64,000 bases of DNA, taken from the NCBI GenBank assembly GCA_050950765.1, contig JBMNIF010000002.1, forward strand, positions 576,001-640,000, given 5' to 3'. Position numbers and translations under genes: made by a program. This DNA is from Bdellovibrionota bacterium (GTDB lineage: Bacteria; Bdellovibrionota_C; UBA2361; JAAYZI01). Below are positions 1-10,019 of this stretch, piece by piece; position 1 is the first letter of the stretch, and each line of letters opens with the position of its first letter. Under the pieces are notes generated by a model. It was not told where the DNA came from. It did no database searches and saw nothing but the letters and a program-made list of their open reading frames with translations.

Positions 1-523
1 TTTTGAATTTCCAAAAGAATCTAACTACAAACCTGTTCTGCAAGATGCCATTTGGGATTTAAAAGATTCAGCGATACCAGCGAAAGAAAAGAATTACACG
101 AATGGAACAAAATGTATTGTTCCTAATCATGAATATATGATCGGTGGATTTTCAACGATATATATGTCAAGAAACCGAGTTAGGGCTTGGGATGAACCGT
201 CTTTTACAATTCAAGCAGGCGGCAGGCACGCCCCCATACATCCACAAGCACCAAAGATGACATTCATTGAACAAAATAAACGTGAATTTGTAAAAGGAAA
301 AGAGGACTTGTATCGTAGGCTATCGTTACGTGAATGTGCGAGAATTCAAACTTTCCCAGATGATTTTATCTTTAAATATGACAATCTGATAAATGGTTAC
401 AAGATGGTTGGAAATGCTGTGCCTGTAAACATGGCGTACATTCTCGCAACTAAAATAATGCAAGATCTGTCAGCAATCTTAAATTTTGAAGATATACAGG
501 AAAAGAGATCGGTTAATTTTTAA
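1..523 (+). CDS. DNA (cytosine-5) methyltransferase, C-terminal part (5' truncated by window); HaeIII-like
   Basis: Motifs IX/X '[18 protein letters not shown]...YKMVGNAVP'; TRD segment '[24 protein letters not shown]' resembles M.HaeIII-type enzymes. Confidence 0.85.
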   Translation, partial: FEFPKESNYKPVLQDAIWDLKDSAIPAKEKNYTNGTKCIVPNHEYMIGGFSTIYMSRNRVRAWDEPSFTIQAGGRHAPIHPQAPKMTFIEQNKREFVKGKEDLYRRLSLRECARIQTFPDDFIFKYDNLINGYKMVGNAVPVNMAYILATKIMQDLSAILNFEDIQEKRSVNF

Positions 524-1238
524 TGGCTAAAACCTCTGCTCTTTGAGCGCCTTTTAGATCTCTAATGGCATAGAGGGTGATTGTTGAACTTACGCCCCGC
601 TTTCTCAAATCCTTAACATATTGCAGAACCTTTTCTTGGTCGCCACGCAGCACATCCTTAAGACACCAACCTACCCCTTTTCGTACGAGATCCTCCTTGT
701 CTTTAAGTAAGTTTTCACATAACGCCAAGGCAGGCTTAGTGAACTTACCACTCTCGCCACATTTACGAGTAAAAGCTACTACACTTGCTCGACGCTTCCA
801 CATATTTTTAGACCTGTTCCAGTTGCTAATCAATTTCAAGACCTCTTGGGGATACCTATTAAGAAGGGGTTGTAATACATCGATGCAAAAATCATCAATA
901 GTAGACCAACTATTAAAATAGTTTAAAGCTCTATCTAAAAAAGCTAAGTGATCTACGCCGAGAGAATCGATATTAGTTTGTAAGATAAAATTTCCTGCTA
1001 GAACTGTTTCCTCTACTCTATCACGATAAAAAAGAAGTGCTAACGCCACACTGTCTTTGCAAGAAAGCGCACTAATGCGGCGTTTGTATGATTTAAGAAT
1101 CCGGTCACGCACGGAGGTCTTCACACCGTAAGAACGATACCCGTCGTACTTATGATACCTTGCGCTATCTTGAGCTACTTTTTTATCAGCAGCACAAAGC
1201 AACTCATTCTTAATCTCTTGATATAAACTTTTTATCAC
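513..1238 (-). CDS. DNA alkylation repair protein (AlkD-like HEAT repeat)
   Basis: 'NSWSTIDDF', '[13 protein letters not shown]', '[16 protein letters not shown]' motifs. Confidence 0.8.
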   Translation of the reverse strand: MIKSLYQEIKNELLCAADKKVAQDSARYHKYDGYRSYGVKTSVRDRILKSYKRRISALSCKDSVALALLFYRDRVEETVLAGNFILQTNIDSLGVDHLAFLDRALNYFNSWSTIDDFCIDVLQPLLNRYPQEVLKLISNWNRSKNMWKRRASVVAFTRKCGESGKFTKPALALCENLLKDKEDLVRKGVGWCLKDVLRGDQEKVLQYVKDLRKRGVSSTITLYAIRDLKGAQRAEVLAIKN

Positions 1239-1290
1239 TTTAGTTCCTTAGTGAGTCGGATAGTTGAATATCTTAGTCTGATCTAATGAT

Positions 1291-1407
1291 AGCAACGGAG
1301 TGATTATAACAGAACTTTTTTATCACCACCCTTGTAGCAACGGAGTGGTTACAACAGATCTTTTTTATCACCACCCTTGTAGCAACGGAGTGATTATAAC
1401 AGAACTT
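1291..1407. repeat. 45-bp tandem repeat, ~2.6 copies
   Basis: AGCAACGGAGTG(A/G)TTA(T/C)AACAGA at 1291, 1336, 1381. Confidence 0.9.
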
Positions 1408-1449
1408 GTCTTACCGACACCTACTTAATATCGATGCCAAAATAAAAGT

Positions 1450-1538
1450 TGGCGGAGAGAGGGGGATTCGAACCCCCGGTAGGGGTAACCTACACACGCT
1501 TTCCAAGCGTGCGCCTTCAGCCACTCGGCCATCTCTCC
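1450..1538 (-). tRNA. tRNA-Ser(GGA)
   Basis: Reverse complement GGAGAGATGGCCGAGTGG...TTGGAAA...GGTTCGAATCCCCCTCTCTCCGCCA; long variable arm; CCA encoded. Confidence 0.95.
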
Positions 1539-1622
1539 ATTAAGACGGTAACGGTGCAACTCTATCGACGAGCACCTTTTTTAAAAACAGATAAAAAACC
1601 ATCTTTCAAGGTGTAAAGAGAA

Positions 1623-1709
1623 CGGAGAGGAAGAGATTCGAACTCTCGGTACAGTTTCCCGTACACACACTTAGCAGGCGTGCGCCTTCAGCCACTCGGC
1701 CACCTCTCC
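1623..1709 (-). tRNA. tRNA-Ser(GCT)
   Basis: Reverse complement GGAGAGGTGGCCGAGTGG...CTGCTAA...GTTCGAATCTCTTCCTCTCCG; long variable arm. Confidence 0.95.
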
Positions 1710-1813
1710 AAATCAGAATACCTTTCTCTCAAAAAAGGCTCTTCTTGGTTTTTATCACTTTTTTATAGCATAAAAAATAATATGTTTAATAATATCAATT
1801 GATAAACAACAAT

Positions 1814-1900
1814 CGGTGGGAAAGGGATTCGAACCCCCGGACCCCTTTCGAGATCTCTGGTTTTCAAGACCAGCGCCTTCAACCACTCGGCCATCCCACC
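1814..1900 (-). tRNA. tRNA-Ser(TGA)
   Basis: Reverse complement GGTGGGATGGCCGAGTGG...CTTGAAA...GGTTCGAATCCCTTTCCCACCG. Confidence 0.95.
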
Positions 1901-2181
1901 ATATTTTAAACGCTATAAGGTGCGTAGAGTAGGCAGAAACGGTAAAAATGGCAAGTCTCTAAACGCTTTTTCCTAATATAGTTATAAGTTTTAGTTAAAG
2001 CTTTTAATTCACTAGCTAGAATAAAAATCGCACGCGGCTCTAAACGCTTTTTCCTAATACTCCTAACTACTTTTCAAAAGAGATCACCTTTAAAGCATCT
2101 ACTTTGTAACGTTTTTTATGCTCTAAAATATTTCTTCAAAAGACTCCCAAAAAATCTTCCTTTGTGTAAAAATGCGCTTGT

Positions 2182-2258
<77 letters not shown>

Positions 2259-2304
2259 CTTCTTACACCTCTTTCTTTTTCTTTTCATCTTGAGTTAACT
2301 CATT

Positions 2305-2775
2305 GTGATAACTAAAAAAACTCCTGATTTTTTAGATATGCTTATGCAGGAAGCTCTGCAGGAGGCTCGTATGGCCATGCAAGCAGGGGATGTTCCGATA
2401 GGGGCTGTCATAGCGCTAAAAGGAGAGATTATTGCGCGCGCGCATAATGAGATAGAGCGTTTAAAAGATGCTACAAAACACGCCGAGCTAACAGCTATTC
2501 AACGTGCTTCGCAAGTTTTAGGAGATTGGCGGCTTTCTGAAACAACTCTGTGCGTTACCTTAGAGCCGTGTCCGATGTGTGCCGGAGCTATTAGACAGGC
2601 ACGGATCGGAACAGTTGTTTTTGCTGCTCACGATGAAAAACGGGGAGCGCTGGGATCTCTCTTTGATCTCTCTCTGGATAAACGCTTAGGAGCACTTCCC
2701 CGTGTTATTAGTGGCATCAGAAGTGCTGAAGCAATAACGTTGTTACAAGATTTTTTTAAAAATCACAGATCTTAA
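2305..2775 (+). CDS. tadA: tRNA adenosine(34) deaminase
   Basis: 'DVPIGAVI', 'HAE', 'VTLEPCPMCAGAI' zinc deaminase motifs. Confidence 0.9.
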   Translation: MITKKTPDFLDMLMQEALQEARMAMQAGDVPIGAVIALKGEIIARAHNEIERLKDATKHAELTAIQRASQVLGDWRLSETTLCVTLEPCPMCAGAIRQARIGTVVFAAHDEKRGALGSLFDLSLDKRLGALPRVISGIRSAEAITLLQDFFKNHRS

Positions 2776-2777
2776 CT

Positions 2778-3065
2778 TTAAATGCCGAGCTCTTTAATAA
2801 AGGCGACTGAGATCTCTTCAGAGGTCGGGCGATACGCTCCGCTTTCAATCTGAGACGAGATGCGCTCTATCTTAGCTCGACGTTGAGCCTGCTCGCTTTC
2901 TTCGGCTTTACTATTATAAAGTGAAGAGTCTACCGTGACAGCATCATCATTAGCAAAAGATGCTACCTTGTTTGTATCTGTCTGAATTTTTTTTGGTCCT
3001 GAATATAATTGATGGGCAGGATTTCCCAATGCTGTAATAAGTCTGTCTAATTTTTCTGTTCGCAT
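2778..3065 (-). CDS. flgM: FlgM-like anti-sigma-28 factor
   Basis: 95 aa; C-terminal 'RRAKIERISSQIESGAYRPTSEEIS' matches the FlgM pattern. Confidence 0.6.
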   Translation of the reverse strand: MRTEKLDRLITALGNPAHQLYSGPKKIQTDTNKVASFANDDAVTVDSSLYNSKAEESEQAQRRAKIERISSQIESGAYRPTSEEISVAFIKELGI

Positions 3066-3203
3066 GATTTTACCTCATCCATGAATAGATAACTCCGAGT
3101 GGTACTGCATCAAAGAAACTGCGCTTCACAACTAGCCCCGTCCTTAGGCATTATAAAAATGCGTCTATACAATCCTGACGCAGAGAATCCATTCTAAGTT
3201 TAA

Positions 3204-3231
3204 TTGTCGTCCAAGCTACAAATATCCTTTA
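3204..3231 (-). promoter_or_regulatory. Possible sigma-28 promoter for the flgM-like gene
   Basis: Minus strand TAAA-N16-GACGACAA versus consensus TAAA-N15-GCCGATAA. Confidence 0.35.
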
Positions 3232-3337
3232 GTGGTTTTTTTAAATTTGTAAGAAAATTCCTAAAAAATATAAAATAGGTAACAAAATCAGGGTGTTGCA
3301 CTACGCATTTTTTACACTTTTTGCTATGGAGCGCCCT

Positions 3338-3515
3338 CTCTAAGAAGGTAAAAGGTAGTGACTGTGTGATTGATATTAGTGAGAATGTTTTTACCCCCTT
3401 TACTACAAAGCACTTCCTCTAAAAAAGTAAAAAGTAGTTACTGTGCGATTGATATTAGTGAGAATGTTTTTACTCCCTTTGTCACAAAGCACTTCCTCTA
3501 AAAAAGTAAAAAGGC
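3338..3515. repeat. 79-bp tandem repeat, ~2.3 copies
   Basis: CTCTAA.AA.GTAAAA.G...GATTGATATTAGTGAGAATGTTTTTAC...CAAAGCACTTC units at 3338, 3417, 3496. Confidence 0.85.
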
Positions 3516-3705
3516 ATTTACTGTAATTGGTGTCAAAGAAAAATATTTTTAAAAAGTGTAAGAGATCTTACAGCAAATTAGAAAAAAATTTGAACGTAAC
3601 TTAAGAGCTAGCTATGGTTTATCACACTTATTAAAATTATCACCTTTACAAAGGTAAAAGATTTATTACGAACGTTGAGATTATCAGAGTAAGGTAAAAT
3701 TTATT

Positions 3706-4164
3706 ATGAACATTGAGATCTTTAGCTTTACAAAGGTAAAAGATTTAGTAGAGGCAGAGCTTCAATATCTTAAACGGCTACAAGGAGACCTATCGCTAAA
3801 GGTGACTGTACTTTCTCAATCAAAGATAAAAGCTACTCCTACTCTTATTCTTGCTGATGAAGCGAAAGAGCTACTCTCTCACTTAAGGCCGACGCAGTAC
3901 CTTATTATTCTGGATGAATACGGATCGCAGATGACTTCAAAAGGTTTTGCGGAGTTGTTGCAAAAGCATCGTAATCAATCAACAGGAGAGTTAGTGTTTG
4001 CTATCGGAGGACCTTACGGCTGGGATGATTCTATTAGAAAAAGGGCGAATGCTACCTTTTCACTATCGAAACTAACCTTCCCTGCGCACGTCGCTAAGTT
4101 TTTATTGATTGAACAACTTTATCGAGCGATGACTATTATTAACGGACATCCGTATCATAAATAA
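3706..4164 (+). CDS. rlmH: 23S rRNA (pseudouridine1915-N3)-methyltransferase
   Basis: 'FAIGGPYG', 'SLSKLTFPAH', 'EQLYRAMTIINGHPYHK'. Confidence 0.93.
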   Translation: MNIEIFSFTKVKDLVEAELQYLKRLQGDLSLKVTVLSQSKIKATPTLILADEAKELLSHLRPTQYLIILDEYGSQMTSKGFAELLQKHRNQSTGELVFAIGGPYGWDDSIRKRANATFSLSKLTFPAHVAKFLLIEQLYRAMTIINGHPYHK

Positions 4165-4251
4165 GTCGCACTCTTTTTCAGTTGTCCTAAATTGACAACA
4201 GATAATAGGCTTTTATACTTTTAGAGACCTTTTATTAAATACTATTTTCTT

Positions 4252-5619
4252 ATGAAACAACCACAGAAGAGAGGAAAAAATTCTTCATGCTTGGAAGTTA
4301 GTACAGCAGCAGAGAGAACTTCTCCTAATAAGATCGCTGAACAGAAGAGGAAAAAAAATTCTCTCTGTTTGGGAGAACGTGTCCGCGTCCACTTTAAAGC
4401 GTTAGCGCACGGCGGCACCTGTATCGGAGACATTACGGAGGGGGCGGCTAAAGGTGTAAAGGTTTTTGCTGCGGGGGTAATTCCTGGAGAAGATGCAGTT
4501 ATCACTATTAAAGAGAATAGAGGTAATTTTTGTGAAGGAGAGTTATCTGAACTTTTAAGCACGGCACCAGCAAGGGTAACTCCCCCTTGCCCTTATTTTA
4601 CACAACCATTAAATGGGTGTGGTGGTTGCGATCTGCAACACATTGAGGTTAAAACTCAACGACAACTAAAACTCGCTTTAGTTCAAAATACGATCTTACA
4701 TCAAGGAGGAGCTTCGGCAAAGAATGGTGCTTCTGATGCTTCAGATGGACTTCCTCCTTTTCACTATCGTCACAGAGTTACGTTACACACTGATAGTAAC
4801 GGTAAGGTTGGCTTCTATAAGAAAAAAAGTGGAGAGTTAATTGAGATTGAACGGTGCTTACTTGTTACAGATGAGATCAATTTAGTTCTTCCTTTTGTTA
4901 AAGAGTTTGTAAAAAAACACCCTGCTTTAATAAGTGGAGTGGTGCTTGAGTTTCATGAAGGAGAGCACTTTTTATTATTAAAGATTGTAAAAGGTAAGGT
5001 GACGGCTTGGGATAGTTGGTTAACGGAGTTAAAACCACATTTTCACAGTATTAAACTTGAAAGTGATGGCGTTCAACTTTTTCAATATAAAAGAAGGGAT
5101 AACACCATCCCTTTTGGACATTTTTCTCAAGTTAATGAAGAAGCAAACGTGCGCTTGGTTAACCTTGTCTGTTCTGAGATAACGGGGAGTGTTATCACGG
5201 AGCTCTACGCCGGTGCTGGAAACTTTAGTATTCCGTTAGCTCAGATGGGAAAAAAGGTTACAGCGGTTGAACTAGATCCTGAATTAACAAAGTATGGCAC
5301 TCTTTTAGCATCTCAGAAAAATATCGCTCCTGAAGATCTGCACTTTATCAACTCTTCTGTTGAACGGTATTTAAAGAGAGCGTCACTTGCAGAAAGTGTT
5401 TTACTTGACCCACCACGTTCAGGTGCGCGCGTTGTAGCGGAAGTTTGTGACCCGACAAAGCAGAGAGAGATCGTGTATGTTAGTTGCAATCCAGCTACTT
5501 TAGCACGTGATATAAAAATCTTTACAACTAACGGTTTTATCTTACAAAAAATAATAACCTTAGATATGTTTTCACAAACTCAACACATTGAGACGGTCGC
5601 TTTACTTTCAAATAAATAA
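4252..5619 (+). CDS. rlmD: TRAM-domain 23S rRNA (uracil-5)-methyltransferase, RlmD family (true start may be downstream)
   Basis: TRAM region, 'CPYF...CGGCDLQH' Fe-S motif, 'ELYAGAGNF', 'LDPPRSG', 'YVSCNPATLARD'. Confidence 0.85.
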   Translation: MKQPQKRGKNSSCLEVSTAAERTSPNKIAEQKRKKNSLCLGERVRVHFKALAHGGTCIGDITEGAAKGVKVFAAGVIPGEDAVITIKENRGNFCEGELSELLSTAPARVTPPCPYFTQPLNGCGGCDLQHIEVKTQRQLKLALVQNTILHQGGASAKNGASDASDGLPPFHYRHRVTLHTDSNGKVGFYKKKSGELIEIERCLLVTDEINLVLPFVKEFVKKHPALISGVVLEFHEGEHFLLLKIVKGKVTAWDSWLTELKPHFHSIKLESDGVQLFQYKRRDNTIPFGHFSQVNEEANVRLVNLVCSEITGSVITELYAGAGNFSIPLAQMGKKVTAVELDPELTKYGTLLASQKNIAPEDLHFINSSVERYLKRASLAESVLLDPPRSGARVVAEVCDPTKQREIVYVSCNPATLARDIKIFTTNGFILQKIITLDMFSQTQHIETVALLSNK

Positions 5620-5636
5620 TAACGAGGTGATATAGA

Positions 5637-6755
5637 GTGAACGAAGATCCGTTTAAGGAATATATCAAAGAATCCGAACCAACAAAAAGAGATAAAGGTT
5701 ACGCTTGGCATACAGCCATTGGTCTGCAGGCGATAGACGGACTAAAAACATCACAATATCTGGCGCATACTGCCGTTCGAAACATTGAAGGTGAGATCTC
5801 TTTTGAAGAGGTTAATACACTTTTGCACACCTACTATAAGGAAAACCCTACCCGTGATGCGACAGACCGCACTGAAGAAGCTGACAAGGTCTCAGCTCGA
5901 ATCGTTGCACTCCTTTCCGAACGTGCCTTCACCTTTACGCCTAATGAGTACCTTTCCATTCACAAAAAATTATTTACAGGTATTTATCCCCATGCTGGAC
6001 ACCTTCGGGATTACAACATCACAAAAAAAGAATGGGTCTTAAATGGTGCGACCGTACTTTACGGCAGCGCTGCAGAGCTGCGGGCAACACTGAATTACGA
6101 TTTTTCTAAAGAGAAAAAGTTCTCCTACAAGAATCTTTCGATGGATGAGATTATCCATCACCTTGCTGTATTTATCTCCAAGTTGTGGCAGATCCATGTC
6201 TTCGGTGAGGGCAACACCAGAGCGACAGCGGTCTTCTTCATCAAGTACCTGCGCACGCTAGGCTTTGATATGACAAATAACACTTTCGCCGAGAACGCAT
6301 GGTATTTTCGCAATTCACTGGTTAGAGCAAACTATAACGATCTTAAAAACGGCATTCATGAAACAACGGAGTACCTTGAATTGTTCCTGCGTAATCTCCT
6401 TTTGAATGAGAACCATCCACTGCATAACAGAACATTACATATCAGCGGAAAATTCAAAGAAGTAGAAAAAGTGAACATTGGACCTGAAAAAGCGAACATT
6501 GAAACACAAAAAGTGAACATTGAAACACAAAAAGTGAACATTGAAACTCTATTCACTGCAAAGACCGCTTCTCATATTCAGAAATTAAGAGAGACTTTAG
6601 GCGATAACAAAACATTTGGGAGGTCCGACCTTCAAAAAATACTTGGGTTAAAGTCAACAAGGAGTTCTGCACTGCTACGCGAAATGAGAGCACACGGAAT
6701 TATAGAGCCTGTCTACGGACACGGAAAAGGAAAGTATCGTTTTTCCAACTTCTAA
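5637..6755 (+). CDS. Fic-domain protein with VbhA-like N-terminus and C-terminal HTH
   Basis: Fic motif 'QIHVFGEGNTRAT'; 'AWHTAIGLQAIDGL' N-terminus; 'EPVYGHGKGKYRF' wing. Confidence 0.85.
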   Translation: MNEDPFKEYIKESEPTKRDKGYAWHTAIGLQAIDGLKTSQYLAHTAVRNIEGEISFEEVNTLLHTYYKENPTRDATDRTEEADKVSARIVALLSERAFTFTPNEYLSIHKKLFTGIYPHAGHLRDYNITKKEWVLNGATVLYGSAAELRATLNYDFSKEKKFSYKNLSMDEIIHHLAVFISKLWQIHVFGEGNTRATAVFFIKYLRTLGFDMTNNTFAENAWYFRNSLVRANYNDLKNGIHETTEYLELFLRNLLLNENHPLHNRTLHISGKFKEVEKVNIGPEKANIETQKVNIETQKVNIETLFTAKTASHIQKLRETLGDNKTFGRSDLQKILGLKSTRSSALLREMRAHGIIEPVYGHGKGKYRFSNF

Positions 6756-6832
6756 GTTGTTTAGAAGTTTTTTAAAAGCTGCCAAGCTTTTAAAAAAGTG
6801 TCTGGGCTTATCTTAGGATAGTGCAACTTTTA

Positions 6833-9463
6833 CTACTCTTTTTTAGCTTTCGACTTACGTGTTGTTTTCTTTTTCTCTTCCACTTCCTCACTATCTTCTA
6901 CTTCCGCAACTTTAGTTGCACGTAACTCCAAAAGATTAACTGCATCATCTAAAGTCAGAGCTTCAATGTCTGCTCCCTTAGGTATAGAAGCATTGATCTT
7001 ACCATCAGTCACATAAGGACCAAAACGACCACTACGAAGAGAGATCTCTTTCTCTGTCGTTGGATGCTTTCCAAGAGCCTTTAATTTTAAAGGACTACTT
7101 CCGCCACGTCCACGCCTCTTAGGCTCTGCCAAGATCTCTAAAGCCCTCTCAAGTGTAATCGTTAAAGGAGAATCGGTTGCTGCCAAACTACGCGTATCAC
7201 TACCACATTTGATATAGGGACCGTAGCGACCGTTAGCTGCTATAACCTCTTCACTGTTTTGCGGATTACTACCTAACGACCTCGGCAAGGCGAGTAATTT
7301 TAAAGCAAGCTCAAGGTCAACCTCTTCAAGTGTCATCCCTGCTAATAATGAAGCTGTTTTATTAGGATTCTTTTTATCGTTCCGACTCTCTCCCAACTGT
7401 ACATACGGACCGAACGGTCCATTTTTAATAAAGAAAACTGGCTCATTCGTTTCTGGATCCGTTCCTAAATTTTGAGGCCCCTCACTAGCAGACTTTAAAA
7501 GCTCTTCTGCTTTTTCAAGGGTTAACTCATCAGGTGGTAATAACGGCGGCACACCAGCTCTATTTGTGCCGTCTGTTAAGAAAGCCCCGTAGCGCCCGAC
7601 GCGAACTTCTATCTCTGCACCTTCTGCCGTTTTTGCTAACGGCATGCCACAAACTAAACGGGGATCAATATTTTTTTCACCGTCTTCAACCATACCCTTT
7701 AAGCCAAGATGTCCGTTACCGTAATAAAACGTTTTTAAATACGTTAAATTATCCGCCTCTCCGCGAGAGATTGAATCTAAATTATCCTCAAACCCCGCCG
7801 TAAAACCGTAATCAACAAGGGTAGCAAAGTTTTTTTCCATTAAAGATGTTAAAATCATCGCTAAAAAGGTCGGAACTAAAGCCGTCCCTTTTTTAAAAGC
7901 GTATTCACGCGATTGAATTACTCCAACTATTGAAGCCCAAGTGCTCGGTCTACCGATACCCAACCTTTCCAGCTCTTTAATTAAACTACCTTCAGTATAA
8001 CGCGCCGCCGGTAGTGTTGTATGTTGTAACGCTTCAAGGTGTTTAATACTTAAAGGATCGCCCTGCTTTAAAGGTGGAAGGATCTTCTCCTGATCTGCTA
8101 ACTCGGCATCAGGATCATCAGAGCCTTCTACATAAGCTCTTAAAAATCCCGGAAAAGTTATGGTTTTACCAGAAGCTCTAAAACGAGCGTCGTCACATAA
8201 AATTGATGCTGTGATCCGCGTGCCGTGCGCATCAGTCATCTGCGAAGCGATCGTTCTCTTCCAGATCATCTCATAAAGTTTAAACGCCTCAATCCCGAAA
8301 CGTGCTTGCACTTCAGAGAGTGGTACAAAATGCTCTCCAGCGGGACGGATCGCTTCATGCGCTTCCTGCGCATTTTTTACCTTTGTTTTATAAAGACGTG
8401 GGGATGCGGGTAAGTATTCTTTTCCAAAATCACGCTCAATTAAAGTTCTCGATGCACGCAGAGCTTCTTCAGAGAGATTGGTTGAGTCAGTTCTCATATA
8501 GGTTATTAAACCGTTTTCATAAAGCGTCTGTGCAATCTTCATCGTACGTTGTGCTGTAAAGCGCAACTTTCTACTAGCTTCCTGTTGCAAAGTGCTTGTT
8601 GTAAAAGGTGCCGCTGGTTTATTGGTAAACGGCTTAGACTCTACGGAGCTAACTTTTATATCTCCATTTTTTAACTTAGAGCAAAGCTCTTCAGCGCTCT
8701 TTTTATTAAGGAACACGACCGCTTCAGGCTTATCAAGCTTTCCTGTTAATGGGTTAAAATCTTTACCCTCAGCTATCCTTTTTTCTCCAACGTGCGTTAA
8801 CTCCGCTTCAAAGAGGGCATTATCTTGCGTTTTAAAAACTCCTTTTAATCCCCAGAAATCAGCACTTTTAAAAGACAAACGCTCTCTTTCTCGTTCAACT
8901 AAAAGCCGCATGGCAACGCTCTGCACACGTCCAGCACTTAAGCCACGCTTAACTTTTTTCCAAAGAAGTGGACTGACTTCATATCCGAATAAGCGGTCAA
9001 CGATACGCCGCGTCTCTTGAGCACGCACCAACGCCATATCGATCTCCCTAGAAGATGAGATCGCTTTCTGAATGGCATCTTTTGTAATTTCATGAAAAAC
9101 CATCCGACGCACTGGAACTTTCGGTTTTAAAACCTCCACTAAGTGCCAACTGATCGACTCCCCTTCGCGGTCACCGTCAGTCGCCAGTAAAAGTTCAGAG
9201 GCATCTTTTATCAATTTTTTTAATTCAGTAACGTGTTTCTTCTTTCCGTCAGGAATGACATAGATCGGTTCAAAATTATTCTCTACATTAACACCGAGAC
9301 TCGCCCACTTCTCCTTTTTATACTTTAACGGCACCTCTGCTGCATTATTAGGCAGGTCTCTAACGTGCCCAAAAGAAGATGCAATTGTATAATTATCGCC
9401 CAAAAAGCGTTTAATTGTTTTCGCCTTTGTTGGCGACTCCACTATCACAAGTCGATTAACCAT
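6833..9463 (-). CDS. topA: DNA topoisomerase I (C-terminal Toprim_C repeats, no Zn ribbons)
   Basis: 'LVIVESPTKAKTI', 'SAGRVQS', 'ITYMRTDS', repeated 'GRYGP/GPFGP'. Confidence 0.97.
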   Translation of the reverse strand: MVNRLVIVESPTKAKTIKRFLGDNYTIASSFGHVRDLPNNAAEVPLKYKKEKWASLGVNVENNFEPIYVIPDGKKKHVTELKKLIKDASELLLATDGDREGESISWHLVEVLKPKVPVRRMVFHEITKDAIQKAISSSREIDMALVRAQETRRIVDRLFGYEVSPLLWKKVKRGLSAGRVQSVAMRLLVERERERLSFKSADFWGLKGVFKTQDNALFEAELTHVGEKRIAEGKDFNPLTGKLDKPEAVVFLNKKSAEELCSKLKNGDIKVSSVESKPFTNKPAAPFTTSTLQQEASRKLRFTAQRTMKIAQTLYENGLITYMRTDSTNLSEEALRASRTLIERDFGKEYLPASPRLYKTKVKNAQEAHEAIRPAGEHFVPLSEVQARFGIEAFKLYEMIWKRTIASQMTDAHGTRITASILCDDARFRASGKTITFPGFLRAYVEGSDDPDAELADQEKILPPLKQGDPLSIKHLEALQHTTLPAARYTEGSLIKELERLGIGRPSTWASIVGVIQSREYAFKKGTALVPTFLAMILTSLMEKNFATLVDYGFTAGFEDNLDSISRGEADNLTYLKTFYYGNGHLGLKGMVEDGEKNIDPRLVCGMPLAKTAEGAEIEVRVGRYGAFLTDGTNRAGVPPLLPPDELTLEKAEELLKSASEGPQNLGTDPETNEPVFFIKNGPFGPYVQLGESRNDKKNPNKTASLLAGMTLEEVDLELALKLLALPRSLGSNPQNSEEVIAANGRYGPYIKCGSDTRSLAATDSPLTITLERALEILAEPKRRGRGGSSPLKLKALGKHPTTEKEISLRSGRFGPYVTDGKINASIPKGADIEALTLDDAVNLLELRATKVAEVEDSEEVEEKKKTTRKSKAKKE

Positions 9464-9749
9464 AATTCACCTGAGTTGTTGAACTTCAATAAAATACCTC
9501 CGAAGCATACCTATATTTGCACACGGTGCAAGAAGCAAGGGGAAAAAGCTCCCCTCTCTTTATTCCCTTGATAAAGATAACTACTTTATTTTTTTAATAT
9601 ATTACTCTCTAAAGGAAAGTTTTTTCTTTTAGGAAAAGTCTTCTCCATTTTTTAGTTAGGGGTCTAATACTTCTAAGAGACTATCAGGTTGGGCGCAGAT
9701 ATAATTTTTTAAAACGTACCTCCATTAAGGTTTTAATATAAAAAACAAT

Positions 9750-9938
9750 GTGCCGCTTTAACAGGTAAAAAATTCGCCGCAAGGAAAAAGCACGCGGTTT
9801 TAGTAGAAAAAAACTTTACCATAAGAAAAAAATCATGCGGTTTTAGGAGGAAAAAGCTTTACTATAAAAATAATATGCGGCTTTAGTAGGTAAAATTCGC
9901 CGTAAGGAAAAAATCATGCGGTTTTAGGAGGTAAAAAA
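9750..9938. repeat. ~42-bp degenerate tandem repeat, 5 copies
   Basis: GCGG(T/C)TTTAG.AG cores at 9752, 9794, 9837, 9877, 9918. Confidence 0.8.
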
Positions 9939-10019
9939 TCTCTATACTTTCAAGTTGTTCCAAATTAGCTACAATGATTATATATTGAGCAAGCGGGTTT
10001 CTCCATAGGAAATATCATT

